Numbered from the stretch's first letter, positions 27,651 to 40,564 are shown. The stretch: 64,000 nucleotides of DNA from Eledone cirrhosa (GCA_964016885.1 OZ024740.1:272800001-272864000), one strand, 5' to 3'. Notes: generated by a model from the sequence alone, not told the origin. Numbers and translations are program-made.

Positions 27651-28929
27651 TAACTTTGAAGACTAAAATCCGAAGAGGGCTCGATAAGGATAAATATATA
27701 TCACATATATAAGAACCGTAGAGCAAATATTTATTAAAATAACAGATTAAACTTTAAGCAAAGAATCGCTGCTTTCACCCTTAACGAGATCTTCTGAAAC
27801 TAAAACTAGTTTCAGAAGATCCTGTTAAGGGTGAAAGCAACGATTCTTTGCTTAAACATTAATCTGTTATTTTAATATATATATATATACTTCTAACCAA
27901 TTTAAAGTAAGATTTTAAACACATTTTAAAAAATGCCACATTAGCTAAAACAACGTCCTTAGCTGATATAATTAATAATTATAGAAAAAAGAATATCAAT
28001 TATAACCTGACCTGGAGTGTGCTCAAAAGGGCCACCCCTTATCAAAATAATAGATATGAATGTAGATTAGGTTCCCAGGAACTTTTTGAAATAATGAAAT
28101 CTAAGGATATACTATTAAATAAGCGACAAGAATTAATTATATCATGTAATCATAGAATTAGAAAAACTTTCAAATATTATAAACCTAATTAATATACACT
28201 TATATTTTACAAATTATTATAATAATTTTTTTTTTAATTAGTTAACCTATAATTAATATTCTACTACTAAGAACTGCATAATTTACATTTCCCTTTTACA
28301 GCTATCTTTTCCTAAAATTTATACCAATAAGTATACATATAAACTATTTTAATTTCCTGTTATGAATCTAAATTCCTTGTAATCTATATAAGTTTGTTAT
28401 TTCTCACAAATACATTTATCGCCCCCCCCCAACATTTTTTTCCTTCGTTTTTAACAACATTCTTTAATAACATCTAACTCTTATTTATCATATCTATATG
28501 AATTAATATAAGTTTATCCCTATAAATATATCTATCAATTAAATTAATTTAATTTCTTTTTATAGATCTAAATTCCTTATGTTTTAAATAAGATTGATAT
28601 TTTTCACTAACACATTTATCGTAAAATTTTATTTTCCTTAGATTTTAACATTAGTATTATTCTTTAATAACATCAAATTTTCGTGTACCTTTCACCGGCT
28701 TGACCTATTTTCATCCCCAAAGTAATCTTTTCATTCAAAATACTCTTTCCATTCAAAACTGAAGTCTGCATTCCTCTACCCCTAAATTAAATTTCTACTA
28801 CTACTATTCTATCAACTTGACCACTTACTACTTTTCTATTGGTCAATTCAAAACCTGTTCCCAAACAAACCTATTATATTAAATCTTTGTTGGTTTTTTT
28901 CAATAAACAAATATCATTATTTCTGAAGA

Positions 28930-29125
28930 CAGCGGTGGATTAGTAGTATCGGTAGAGGGTCAGACGCCATGCTTTGACGCATTGAGTTACGGCCCTTGCC
29001 ATTATGAGTTCAAATCCCGCCGAGGTTAACTTTGCCTTTCATCCTTACGGCGTCGATAAAATAAAGTACCGGTAATACACTGGGGTAATAGCTGGCCTTG
29101 TGCCAAAGGTAGAAACAATTATTTC
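28930..29125 (+). mobile_element. SINE family 1 with TSD
   Basis: ATTATTTCTGAAGACAGC repeated at 28916-28933 and 29118-29135. Confidence 0.9.
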
Positions 29126-29304
29126 TGAAGACAGCATATATATGTGTAGGTATGTATATTCCCTCTGATAGTTTGTAAAACTTTTACATAGATCTATATG
29201 ATATACATACCAACACACACATATATATCCTAGAAACGAACGTAAAATGATGAATTTTTTAATATAAGGAACTGTTTCTTTGTTTTTATTCATTATTTTT
29301 ATTA

Positions 29305-29356
<52 letters not shown>

Positions 29357-29358
<2 letters not shown>

Positions 29359-29546
29359 GAAAAGAGTCAGGACCCCGACGGCAGAGCTCCGGCCGTTTCG
29401 ACTCGAATCTAATTGTCAATTGTCGAAACGGCTGGAGCTCAGCCGTCGGAGTCCTGTCTCTTTTCTTATTGCCCACTCTACTACCCTAAGTATCGAGTAC
29501 TCTGGTGTATTATGCTCCACCAGGTTCCTTACCACACTTTCTTCGT

Positions 29547-29550
<4 letters not shown>
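29357..29550 (+). mobile_element. TA-embedded fold-back module, family C
   Basis: Palindrome with GAAACGGCTGGAGCTCAGCCGTC; ACTC-TACT..AGTA-TC-GAGT. Confidence 0.7.
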
Positions 29551-29598
<48 letters not shown>

Positions 29599-29624
29599 GG
29601 GGGGGGTGTATGTATGTGTGTCAA

Positions 29625-29900
29625 GGCCCATGGCTCAATGGTTGTGAGTTCGATTCTTGCTCCGGGCTTTGATTTGTGTTCCGGAGGGAGCAAGACACGT
29701 TATTTCATGTTGCTCCAGTTCAGCTGTAGAAATGAGTTGCGAGGTCACTGGTACCAAGCTGCATCGGCCCTTGCCCTTCCCTAGTAAAATATCGGTGGCG
29801 TGTAGAGGGGCGACTGGTATGCAAAGGCGACTGGTGGTCTTCCACAAACAACCTCCTCTGGAATTGTGCCTCGGAGGGGAGCTTTCAAGTTGCACATAAG
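29625..29900 (+). mobile_element. SINE family 2 (tRNA head, CORE-like domain)
   Basis: Homologous to 31097-31436. Confidence 0.75.
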
Positions 29901-30259
29901 GTATAAACCCCCTTCGTCACCGAAGGGGGTTTATACCTTTTACCACACACACACACACATACGCACACACACACACACACGCACACATACACACACACAC
30001 AAAGATATATATATATATAGAGAGAGAGATTACAGTAATCAAACTGATGTTATTACATTGAGCTATTTAACTTACTGGTAATAGGATAGTAATTAAAGAC
30101 TATCTCTCACTATTTAGGGTTTGTGTATATATAATATATTACCATCAAAGGTTTTATTGCATACATAACCATAAATAGTACCCTTAATACTATATATATA
30201 TATATATATACATATAAGCGTGTATCTGTGTATTATATTCATTTAATTGATCTGAAGGA

Positions 30260-30420
30260 AAGGGCATGTTCTGAGGCCTTTGCAAACCTTTGAAACAGCT
30301 GACTTCAACTTGTTAACATTCTCCTTTAGCTGTTGCACGTTGACCTCTCCATGAAAAATATGAATACGGAAGGATTTTTTAGTTGGTTGAATTTCTTCTG
30401 ATGAAGGAGGAAAATAATCG
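30260..30420 (-). pseudogene. Possible Tc1/maT transposase C-terminal remnant
   Basis: FPPSSEEIQP..EVNVQQLKENVNKLKSAVSKV resembles WPPSSPDLNP..EVN..NV..LK.AI.K; weak. Confidence 0.35.
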
Positions 30421-30434
30421 ATTAGTTCGGAGCT

Positions 30435-30600
30435 AATAATGATTTCTAGTATAAGCACAAGGCCAATAATTTGGGAGGAGGGGGAAAGTCGATTAAATCT
30501 ACCCCAGTACGTTACTGGTGGTTTACTTTATCGACCCCGTAAGGATGAAAGTCAAAGTTAACCTCGGTGGGATTTGAACTCAGACGATAGTTCGGCGCTA
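30435..30600 (-). mobile_element. SINE family 1
   Basis: Reverse-complement B-box, core, tail. Confidence 0.8.
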
Positions 30601-31096
30601 ATAATGTTGCCAATACATTTCAGAAAGAAGGTTTCATTTACTCCCCCTCATATATAATGTTTTTCGAAACAATCCATAGTGGCAGTTTGTTATATTTGGA
30701 GAGGGTCATGTTGTTCTAATATTGCCAGAAAAATATAGTAACTCTCTCACTCTTTCGTTTGGTTTTCGCTTCAGTATGTTCAAGCACACGTTTTCATATA
30801 AAAAATCTTACAAATCAAATACATCGCCGCCATTGTGGCAATGTTTATTTGTAGTTTTTGAAGAGAGTGGAGATAAAAAAAAACGGAGTTACATCTTTCC
30901 CTGGTCAAAACGCTAGCCTATCTCGGGTAGCTTTCTACCAGGGAAATTTACCTAACAATTTATCAAACAATTTTTATCAATTGATGGATGTAGATGACAG
31001 AATTTTTACCTGGATGATTGACAAGCTAGAAATGACAGCAACATTTTCCTCAAATAACACGTTTAAAAAGGAAGCACCTCTTAAATATTACTAGAT

Positions 31097-31436
31097 CGTA
31101 GAGCCCCGTCGGTCACGAATGACCATGGTATTTGCACCCAGAAAGTTTCCGTCCGAGGCACAAGTCCGGGCAAGGTTGTTTGAGGATGACCAACAGTTGC
31201 CCATGCATACCAGTCTCCTCTCTCGACGCCACCGATGTGGTCCAAGGGAAAGGCTATGGCCGACACAGCTTGGACACCAGTGACGTCGCAACTCATTTCT
31301 ACAGCTGAGTAAACTGGAACAACATGAAATAAAGTGTCTTGCTCAAGGACACAACGCATCAACCAGTCCGTGAATCGAATTCACAACCTCTCAATTGCAA
31401 GCCCAATCCTCTAACCACTAAGCCATGCGCATTCAC
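31097..31436 (-). mobile_element. SINE family 2, full length with 13-bp TSD
   Basis: A-box TGGCTTAGTGG, B-box GAATTCGATTC, GTGTCCTTGAGCAAGACACTT; AATATTACTAGAT at 31084-96 and 31437-49. Confidence 0.9.
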
Positions 31437-31888
31437 AATATTACTAGATACGCTACACATAAAAATGATCGGATCGCCAAGACTGATCAATCCTGGAACT
31501 AAATGATATCAACTAAGCTAAATTAATCTAGGTAGATCCGCGTGACAAAACGAAATGCTCGCGAAATTTAATTGAGTGTGTCTGTGCAATCCATAGCCCT
31601 GACTACGCTTAAATAAATTAGCAATGATGTTTTCCACTAGTTAAACGTAAGTTACTATATGCCTATTATCATAATATATTTATGGGATTGGTGATGACAG
31701 CAAGTTTGGCATACATCGGATCGGTCGATTGTTTGCAGGGGGAGGAGGGGGGATAGGGATATAACATTACTACTATTGGTGTCATTTTTTATGAATAAGT
31801 ATCATTGATTGTCAATGTTGTGTTAGAAAATACAAATAACTCCATACGAGATGTACTTTGAGTTCATTTTATGGAGCACTGTAATATT

Positions 31889-32121
31889 GATTTCTAGTAT
31901 AGGCACAAGGCCACTAATTTATTTTTGCGGGGGTGAGGGGTGGGTGTGGGGTCGATTGAATCAACCCCAGTACGTTACTGGTACTTTATTTTAACGACCC
32001 CGTAAGGCTGAAAGGCAAAGTTAACCTCAGCGTGAATTGAACTCAGACCGTAAAGGAACGTAACTCTATGCTACAAAGCATGGCGTCCGACCCTCTACCG
32101 ATACTGCAAATCCACTACTCT
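31889..32121 (-). mobile_element. SINE family 1, full length with 17-bp TSD
   Basis: TGGAGCACTGTAATATT at 31872-88 and 32122-38. Confidence 0.92.
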
Positions 32122-32308
32122 TGGAGCACTGTAATATTAGAACCAGTACTAGCCAGTATCACAAACACAAAGGTTGTGTTCATGATATTGTAGGACGCTT
32201 ACATCGGAAACAAGCATGCCTTATAAGCTATGAAATATTAGTTACACACATACACACACAGATACACAGACACACACACCACACACACACATATATATAT
32301 ATATAAAT

Positions 32309-32339
<31 letters not shown>

Positions 32340-32450
32340 GTGGTAGAACACTGGAAGCTAATATCCGTAGTGGTAGAGCACTCAGTTCATGGGGAGAGTT
32401 AGGTAGAAGTGGTTACACAACAGTAGTTCACTTCTATATATATATATATA

Positions 32451-32640
32451 TATAGATGAGATTTTACAGGACTAGAACTGTTTCATTCTTTAGAAATCAT
32501 CAGTGATTCCTGATGATTTCTAAAGAATGAAACAGTTCTAGTCCTGTAGAATCTCATCTATATTAAAACTTTTATACTCTGCAATGTATTGAGTACCTTA
32601 CTTACTGTGGTTACCTCCGACTCAACCCGGAATAATGTAC
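32451..32640 (+). mobile_element. TA-embedded fold-back module, family B, with back-to-back hammerhead cores
   Basis: Near-perfect palindrome 32451-32562; CTGATGA-tTTC taaa GAAt-GAAAC agttcta GTC at 32510-32543 and its mirror image; helix motif 32576-32594. Confidence 0.75.
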
Positions 32641-32654
32641 TATATATATATATA

Positions 32655-32731
32655 GGAACGAGTAGAACCCCGACAGCTGAGCTCAAGCCGTTTCGACGGC
32701 TAATTCTGGACTGAATTAGCCGTCGAAACGG
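32655..32731. mobile_element. Partial family C palindrome fused to the 3' region of PLE2
   Basis: Matches 36169-36246, then switches to PLE2 sequence after GAAACGG. Confidence 0.7.
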
Positions 32732-35496
32732 TGGAGTGGGAGGGGGGTGTATTAGTAGAGGTGTTAGTGGGATGTGTGTGTGTGTGTGTGTGTGTGTGTG
32801 AAGGGGTGTGGGTGGAGCGAAGAGAGGGAGGGGAGAGAAAGGTGTGTGGGCCGGTGGAGGGAGTGTAGTGTACTGGTGTGTGTGTGTGCGTGTTTGGATG
32901 AGTGTGTGTGTGATGAAGGGGGTGTTAGTATACTGGTGGTGGGGAAAGGGTTGAATGCGGGTGTGTTAGTGGGGGTCAGTGGTGGGAAGGTGTGTAGAGT
33001 GGGTGGTGTAAGTGGGTGTGTGTGTTCGTGTGCGTGAGGTAGGGGGTGTTAGTGGTATTAGTTGTGGGGTGCTGGGAGTGGATGTGTGGGTGAGGGTTAG
33101 TGGTGGTAGTAGGGTGTGTGGTTAGTGTGAGTGCGTGTATATATGTACCGGTGGGTGTGTGCGTGATAAGGGGTGGGGGAGAAGAAAGGGTGTTAGTATT
33201 GTTAGTTGGGGAAGGGTGGTCGGGTGTGGGGTGCGGGTGTTAGTATTATTAGTTGTGGGGTGGGCGGTGAAAGGGAGGAGTGTGTTAGTGGCGTTAATGG
33301 GAGATGTGTCTGTGTGTGTTGGTGGGGGGGGGGGGCGACAGGTCGGTCGAAGGCTAAAGGATAGGAGTGGGTAGATCAGGCCGGGGTGGGGGGTGGGTCT
33401 GTAGGGTGAAGATGGTGCCTTGTTCGACCCTGAGGAGGGTGGCATTGGAGTAGGCCACAGACTGTGAGGTGGTGCGCGGAATGTCCAGGAAACCAAAGTG
33501 GCGGGCGACGGGGGAACTACCGCCGAGACGAATATCCCGGAGGTGTTCGGTAAAAAGTTCCGCCAGGCGACGTCCAGTCTGTCTGACGTAGGTTGTGCTG
33601 CACTCCGTGCAGCGAAGTCCATAGACTAGGTTGGAGGAGGTGCAGCGGAAGGCATGCCGGACAGAGAGAGAGTGGCCGTTGGGACCCTGGAAGGTGGTGG
33701 TGTTGGTGATGTGGGGACAGGTGTTGCAACCAGGCCTGGAACAGGGAAGGGAACGGGGGGCGTGGGTTGGGAGTAGGGAGCTGCGGACGAGGAGGGTGCG
33801 GAGTTTGCGTGCGCATTTGAAGGAGGGGAGTGGTGGGGCTGGGAAGATGTCGGAGGTGGAGGGGTCGGACTGGAGGCGCCGGAAGAGGCGGAGGATGGTG
33901 TGGTGGAGGAGTAGGGTGGAGGCGTGGTAGGTGATGGGGAAGGGTAGACGGTTGGTGGGTGTGTGGTGGCGTGGGGTGAGGGTGGTGGAGCGGTAGACAA
34001 CACAGGCGCGAGTGAGAGCGGTGTGGACGAGATGGGGGGGGGGAACCTCTGCGGATGAAATGGCTGACTAGGGAAAGGGCCTGGGACTCAAAGTCAGCAT
34101 CTCGGCTACAGAGGCGGCGGATCCTGAGGAGTTGGGAGTAAGGAATAGAGGGTTTAGTGTGTGTAGGGTGGGAAGAGGTGATGTCGAGGTAGGAGTGGGA
34201 CTCGGTGGGTTTGAAGAAGGCGGATGTGACGAGGGAGTGATGGGAGGGGCCGAAGGCGACGGAGATGTCTAAGAAGTAGACGTGGGTGGTGGAGATAGAG
34301 GTGGTGAAGTGGAGGGAGGGGTGGAAGGAGCAGAAGAAGGAGAGAAAGGAATCGAGCTGTTCTCGGGTGAGGTCGTGGCTCCGATACAGTCGTCGATGTA
34401 CCGACCGTACACTTCGGGCGTGGGGCCGGTGTACTGGGCAAAGATTTGGGCCTCAACATGGCCAACAAAATGGTTGGCATAGTTTGGGCCCATTCTTGTG
34501 CCCATGGCTACCCCCGTGACCTATTGGTAAAACTCACCCGAGAAGGAGAAACAGTTCAGGGTGAGGACCAGCTCGGCGAGGTGAAGGAGCGTGGGGCTGG
34601 AGGGGATGTGGGAGGGGCGAAGGTCGAGGTAGTGCTTGAAGGTACGTAGGCCGTCGGCGTGGGGATTGACTGTATAGAGCGACTTGATATCTAGGGTGAA
34701 GAGGAAGGGCTGTGGGCCGGGTGGGAAGGTGAAGGAGTCGAATAGGCGGATGGCGTGGTTGGTATCGGAGATGTGGGAGGGGAGGGTGGTGACGAGGGGG
34801 GCGAGGATGGGGTCAAGAAAGGCGGAGATGAGTTCGGTGGGGCAGTTGCAAGCAGTGACGATGGGGCGGCCGGAGTTGTCGGATTTGTGGAGTTTGGGGA
34901 TGAAGCAGATAGTGGGGTGAGGGGGGTGCGGACGATGAGGTGGGAAGCGGTGGGGAGGAGGAGACAAGGTGTTGGGTGGTGGAGGAAACTTGTTGTTTGT
35001 AGAGGGGTGTGGGATCGGAGGATAGAGGACGGTAAAAGAGGGGGTTACGGAGCTGCCTGAGGACTTCAGACGTGTAGAGGTCAGCGCGCCACACCACCAC
35101 GGCGCCTCCCTTGTCCGCCGGTTTGATGACGATGTCCTCTCGACTACGGAGGGAGCGGAGAGCGAGGAATTCGCCCCGTGAGATGTTATTCCGTTGGGAA
35201 CGGTGGCGGAAGTCGAAGCGATTTACTGCGCTACGGCAGGCATCGACGAACGCGTCCAGGGTGCTAAATTGCCCTGGGGCCGGCGTCCAAGACGATGGTC
35301 TTCGGCCCAGGGCGAGAAACGGGTCTGGGGCGTTCGGAGCCGGTGGCGTTTGACCGAATTGTGCCTGTAGCTTCGTGCGTCGCACGAATCGTTCGACTTC
35401 CGTTCGGGTGCGGAACTCGTCGCTGTGCGGAGTGTGGGGTATGAAGCGAAGGCCTCTACTGAGGAGTGAGCCCTCAGATGCGGAGAGGGGGAGAGT
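32732..35496 (-). mobile_element. Penelope-like retroelement PLE2 (Neptune-like), 5'-truncated
   Basis: GC-rich island with RT and GIY-YIG motifs; 5' end abuts (TA)n. Confidence 0.92.
33350..35496 (-). pseudogene. PLE RT + GIY-YIG endonuclease, multiple frameshifts and stops
   Basis: LLSRGLRFIP, IVIKPADKGGAVVVW, FIPKLHK..GRPIV, TLDIKSLYT, AMGTRMGPNYAN, RYIDDCIG, NLVYGLRCTECSTTYVRQTGRRLAELFTEHL. Confidence 0.92.
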
Positions 35497-35775
35497 ATAT
35501 ATGTTATATATATATATATATATATATGAGTATATAATATAAAGAGTGGTGTGCGAAGATGTAATAAAATAACTTATAGAATAAGGCGAAGACATTTAAA
35601 AGAGGAAAAAAAAAAAGTTTCCATGGGAGATATGGAGTTAGTTTCCTCTTTGCAGCCGATGGTACCTATTTCGTAAGTTATTTCCTAGTAATTTCGCTGA
35701 TGGGCACACCATTCTTTATATTAATTTCATCAGCCTTAAAGCCTCGTAAAAATCCGAAAGATATATGTATGTATA

Positions 35776-35842
<67 letters not shown>

Positions 35843-36111
35843 GAAAAAATGAACAGAGAACAAAAAACAGAGAGGCAGTACAAATAGTATGGTTTTTAGT
35901 TTCACGGTTATGTTCGGAGAAGATTGTTTTTATAAAAACAGGAGTAAGCAGGAGAACGCTCTCAACAATCGTTGTTTTTAGTTACGATGGAGAATTTATA
36001 AAAATAACAAAATAAGATGCTGAGGTTACATATGTCGTTTAATCATAATAATTATTTCTACGGTTCTCCATGCAATCGAGATATCCTTCATGCATTTGCT
36101 GTTGATTATGA

Positions 36112-36168
<57 letters not shown>

Positions 36169-36170
<2 letters not shown>

Positions 36171-36360
36171 AACGAGTAGGACCCCGACGGCTGAGCTCAA
36201 GCCGTTTCGACGGCTAATTCTGGACAAAATTAGCCGTCGACACGGCTTGAGCTCAGCCGTCGGGGTCCTACTCGTTCCTATTACCCACTCTACTACCCTA
36301 AGTATTGAGTACTTTGGTGCCTTATGGTCCACCTGGTTCCTTACCACATTTCTTCCGTTA
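36169..36360 (+). mobile_element. TA-embedded fold-back module, family C (best copy)
   Basis: Near-perfect 110-bp palindrome 36169-36278, then ACTC-TACT..AGTA-TT-GAGT and TATGG, ending in (TA)n; related non-palindromic copy 36715-36856. Confidence 0.8.
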
Positions 36361-36611
36361 TATATATATATACAGTTGTTGTAGGGTTGCAGGTAAATGC
36401 GTCCGTAGTCGGTATGCCGCGGTTGAGCACTCGATGCTCGCGCAGAGCCGTGTATTATGTTACGAATAATGAGGAATCAGTGTTGCATCAAATCACATTT
36501 ATTAACATATTACATATGGTTCTCCGTCGATCAGCTCGAGGCAAGATCTGTCACAGATCGAACTAGACACTGCATTCGAAGGATCTTCTGATATGTTTCA
36601 TATTATATATA

Positions 36612-36706
<95 letters not shown>

Positions 36707-36939
36707 GTATACCTATGGGTCTGGAAGTCGCTGCTGAAATGGCTAGAGCTCAGCCGTCAGGTACCGAATCTTTCTAATATAGCCATACTCTACTACCCAA
36801 TTATCGAGTTCTCTGTTGAGTAATGGTCTAACTTGTTTAAAGCTGGTTCTGTCCTGATATATATATATATACATATAATTATAAAATTACAAAATATGAG
36901 GAAATAATAGACAAAAATATACCTATTCTTTCCTCAAAT

Positions 36940-37028
36940 TCCCGACTGTAGTTTCGCCGATCCGTGTGTAACATTCTGCATTATAAAAATGCATCGTCGT
37001 TGTGAGGGTAATACGGCTTATCAAGAGA
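36940..37028 (-). ncRNA. Hammerhead variant with U3-A8 core and long stem II insertion
   Basis: tctc-TTGATAA-GCCG..about 55 nt..CGGC-GAAAC taca GTC-ggga. Confidence 0.6.
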
Positions 37029-37483
37029 CCCTCTCACGTAAGAGGACTGCTTCCTTGACGCGTTTGTAACAAGTGAGAAAATCTCTTCAGGCGATACAGT
37101 GATACAGTGGTAAGAAAAAGGACTGTTTCTTTTGTAATAAGTGAGAATATCTTGAGAGGCGGGGGGAGAAATTAACACCTGATACAGTGGTCACAGATGG
37201 GTAGTAAGGTGGACAGAGAGTGAATAACGTATTTGCTAGAAAAAGCAGTAATTACACTCCTGGGCTAACTCGACCATTGGGGGAGTTTGGGACAATATAA
37301 TAATGAAATACACACACATATTCATATGTATGTGTGTGGTGTCCGCCTTAACAAGTTTTGCTCGATGACCGAAAGAGCTAAAACAATAAAAATAATTAAA
37401 ATAACTCAATAATCAGAGCTATTTATCAAATTACAAAATATGGGGAAATAATAGACAAAAATATGTCTATTTTTTCTTCACAG

Positions 37484-37572
37484 ACCCGACTGCAGTTTCG
37501 CCGATCTGTGTGCAAAATTCTGCATTATAAAAATGCATCATCGTTGTGAGGCTAATGTGGCTTATCAAGAGA
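37484..37572 (-). ncRNA. Hammerhead U3-A8 variant, copy 2
   Basis: TTGATAA-GCC..GGC-GAAAC tgca GTC with palindromic stem III (ACTGCAGT); within direct repeat 36880-37080 / 37425-37620. Confidence 0.6.
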
Positions 37573-37987
37573 CCCCTCAGGAAAAAAGGCTGCTTCCTTA
37601 ACGTGTTTGTAGCAAGTGAGAAAAAGTATATATATATATATATATCGATATATGTATATCAACCATGTTTGTATGTGTTTATGTGTTGATGACAAGCACT
37701 CTAGCATAGGTGCTAATTTTCTGGTGTCTGCCATATGGGCTCAGTCATTAATTGTTACTATTACACAAATCCCATTAATTCTCGGAGTCAAAATAGCTAA
37801 CACTTTGTTGTTGATCATTTTAGGTCTTAAGTAACTGATTCGATTGATCATCGTTGTATGAAGGTTAAACAGAATGTTTTTCTCTGTATATATATATCTC
37901 CCTCCCTCTTTCTCTCACACTATATATATATTTATATATATGTATGTATATATATAAAATATATATAATATAATAATAACGATAATG

Positions 37988-38085
37988 ATTTCATTTATTA
38001 GCCACAAGGGCCGACATGTTGGGGACAATACAAAGACACGGACAGTGGGGGTTTAGAATAAGCTCGAGTAAAAGTGCACAATATT
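37988..38085 (-). mobile_element. 3' end of a related Tx1-like LINE in (TAA)n
   Basis: Minus strand TGTATTGTCCCC..CCCTTGTGGCTAATAAATGAAAT followed by ATT repeats. Confidence 0.55.
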
Positions 38086-38089
38086 ATTA

Positions 38090-38210
38090 TTGAGTTCAAA
38101 TCCCGCCGAGGTCAACTTTGCCTTTTTCTTATGAGGGCCGATAAAATAAAGTACCAGTAATGTACTGGTATTGTTGACCTTGCGCCAAAAGTAGAAAGAA
38201 TTATTAATAA
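38090..38210 (+). mobile_element. SINE family 1, 5'-truncated
   Basis: B-box, core, tail. Confidence 0.75.
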
Positions 38211-38341
38211 TAATAATGATAATAATAATGATAGTAATCTTAATAAAAAGACCAACAATAAATTATAGATATTTACAAAACCAAATGTACACAACATAAT
38301 TCATATAAGTGAGGTAAATATGTATGAAAATATATGGTTCG

Positions 38342-38386
<45 letters not shown>

Positions 38387-38388
<2 letters not shown>

Positions 38389-38563
38389 AGGTGAGTTTTA
38401 TTGTAGTACAATAAAGCAATGCAGATATCGGATAAGAAGCACTCTACAGTTTGTAGGACTGGAGTATACATAATATATAAGATCAAAAGATGGTTAAAAG
38501 AGTTCCATGTATTGAAATGCGCATAATAAAATACATGGAACTCTTTTAACCATCTTTTGATCT

Positions 38564-38575
<12 letters not shown>
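38387..38575 (-). mobile_element. TA-embedded fold-back module with bulged-helix motif
   Basis: Palindrome about 38466-38574; minus strand ACTC-CAG..CTG-TA-GAGT at 38441-38465. Confidence 0.6.
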
Positions 38576-38631
<56 letters not shown>

Positions 38632-38925
38632 GAAGTATATATATATAAATGAAGTATTTCCGTTGGAAAGTTACAGGAAAAAAGAGTGCTCTATATAGGC
38701 TACAGAGCTTATTATTTATGTAATAAACAACATAAGATAATTATTTCATTTACCAGTGGTTTCTTGAAGGCAGATGTTTTGTCTGTCTTCAGTCGTCAGA
38801 ATGAATAAATAACATGGTGTTTTGAATAAAATATGGGTTTGAAAACAAAATTTAGGAACTTTGAAAGTGAGGCTGAAAAAAACGGGCGAAAAGGAAATAG
38901 GGGAAAAAAATATAAAGAATATATG

Positions 38926-38957
<32 letters not shown>

Positions 38958-39218
38958 TCCAGAACATAAACATACACACACTCAACTACGCGCATATACG
39001 TAAGAGTACGTAGACGTATACTTTCTCACATAAGTGTATTTGCGTCTACATAGAAATACGGACAGGAACATAAATACATACACATACATTATACACAGAT
39101 ATATATGCACTCAAATATGTACACACAAATAAGGGAAGTAGTTTACAAACATATATATATATATGTGTATGTGTGTGTGTATGTGTGTGTATGTGCACGT
39201 TTGTGTGTGCATGTATGT

Positions 39219-39260
<42 letters not shown>

Positions 39261-39266
39261 ACACAC

Positions 39267-39300
<34 letters not shown>

Positions 39301-39987
39301 ATATATACGTACACATTTATATACATATATACATATCTGTTTTAACGAATATATAAAAGTACCTTATATACATAAGTTCATACACTCACACACACACAAT
39401 CACTTACACACACAGAGACATACACACACACAGACAAACACACACACACATACGCACACACAGACAGACACATACACACGCGCACACATACAAACAGACG
39501 CACACATACACTTACACACATACACGTACACGCACACACACATAGACACACACATATACACACAAACACATACACACATACACTCACACACACACACACA
39601 CGCACACGCACACATACACACAGCCACACACATACACTTACACACATACACACACACACACACACAGAGACACACACATATACACACACACACACACCTG
39701 TCACGCTCACCTCACACGCACCCAATAATACAAAAAATGTAAAGAAGGAACTTATTCAAGGTCACCACAGGCAAAGAATATTGGTGAAAATTGTTTGATG
39801 ACTAGAAATTGGTAAATCTAATTAAGCATCCAATTAGAATCGGTCTCACATGGATGGTTAAGACAATTGGGAAATAATATAGCTATGAATTGGACTATTT
39901 AGTAACTCACCAGAATTAGAAACGATTGGTGAACATTATTCAAGATAGTTTAACTAGCATTGATGTGCCAGAGTGGGAGGACAGCAC

Positions 39988-40106
39988 AGCTACTGCTGCT
40001 ACTGCTGCTGCTGCTGCTACTGCTGCTGCTACTACTGCTGCTACTGCTGCTACTGCTACTACTGCTACTACTACTACTACTACTACAACTACTACTACTA
40101 CTACTG

Positions 40107-40144
<38 letters not shown>

Positions 40145-40308
40145 GCTACTACTGCTACTACTACTACTGCTGCTATTGTTACTACTTCTACTACTGCTAC
40201 TACTACTACTACTACTGCTACTACTGCTACTACTACTACTGCTGCTACTGCTGCTACTACTACTACTGCTGCTACTGCTGCTACTACTACTACTACTACT
40301 GCTGCTAT

Positions 40309-40363
<55 letters not shown>

Positions 40364-40426
40364 GCTGCTACTACTACTACTACTACTGCTGCTATTACTA
40401 CTGCTACTACTACTACAACTACTACA

Positions 40427-40492
<66 letters not shown>

Positions 40493-40523
40493 GCTACTGC
40501 TGCTGCTATAACTGCTACTACTG

Positions 40524-40564
<41 letters not shown>

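Noticed and set aside
31360-31432. tRNA gene
   Set aside because: tRNA-derived SINE head continuous with the SINE body and flanked by a TSD.
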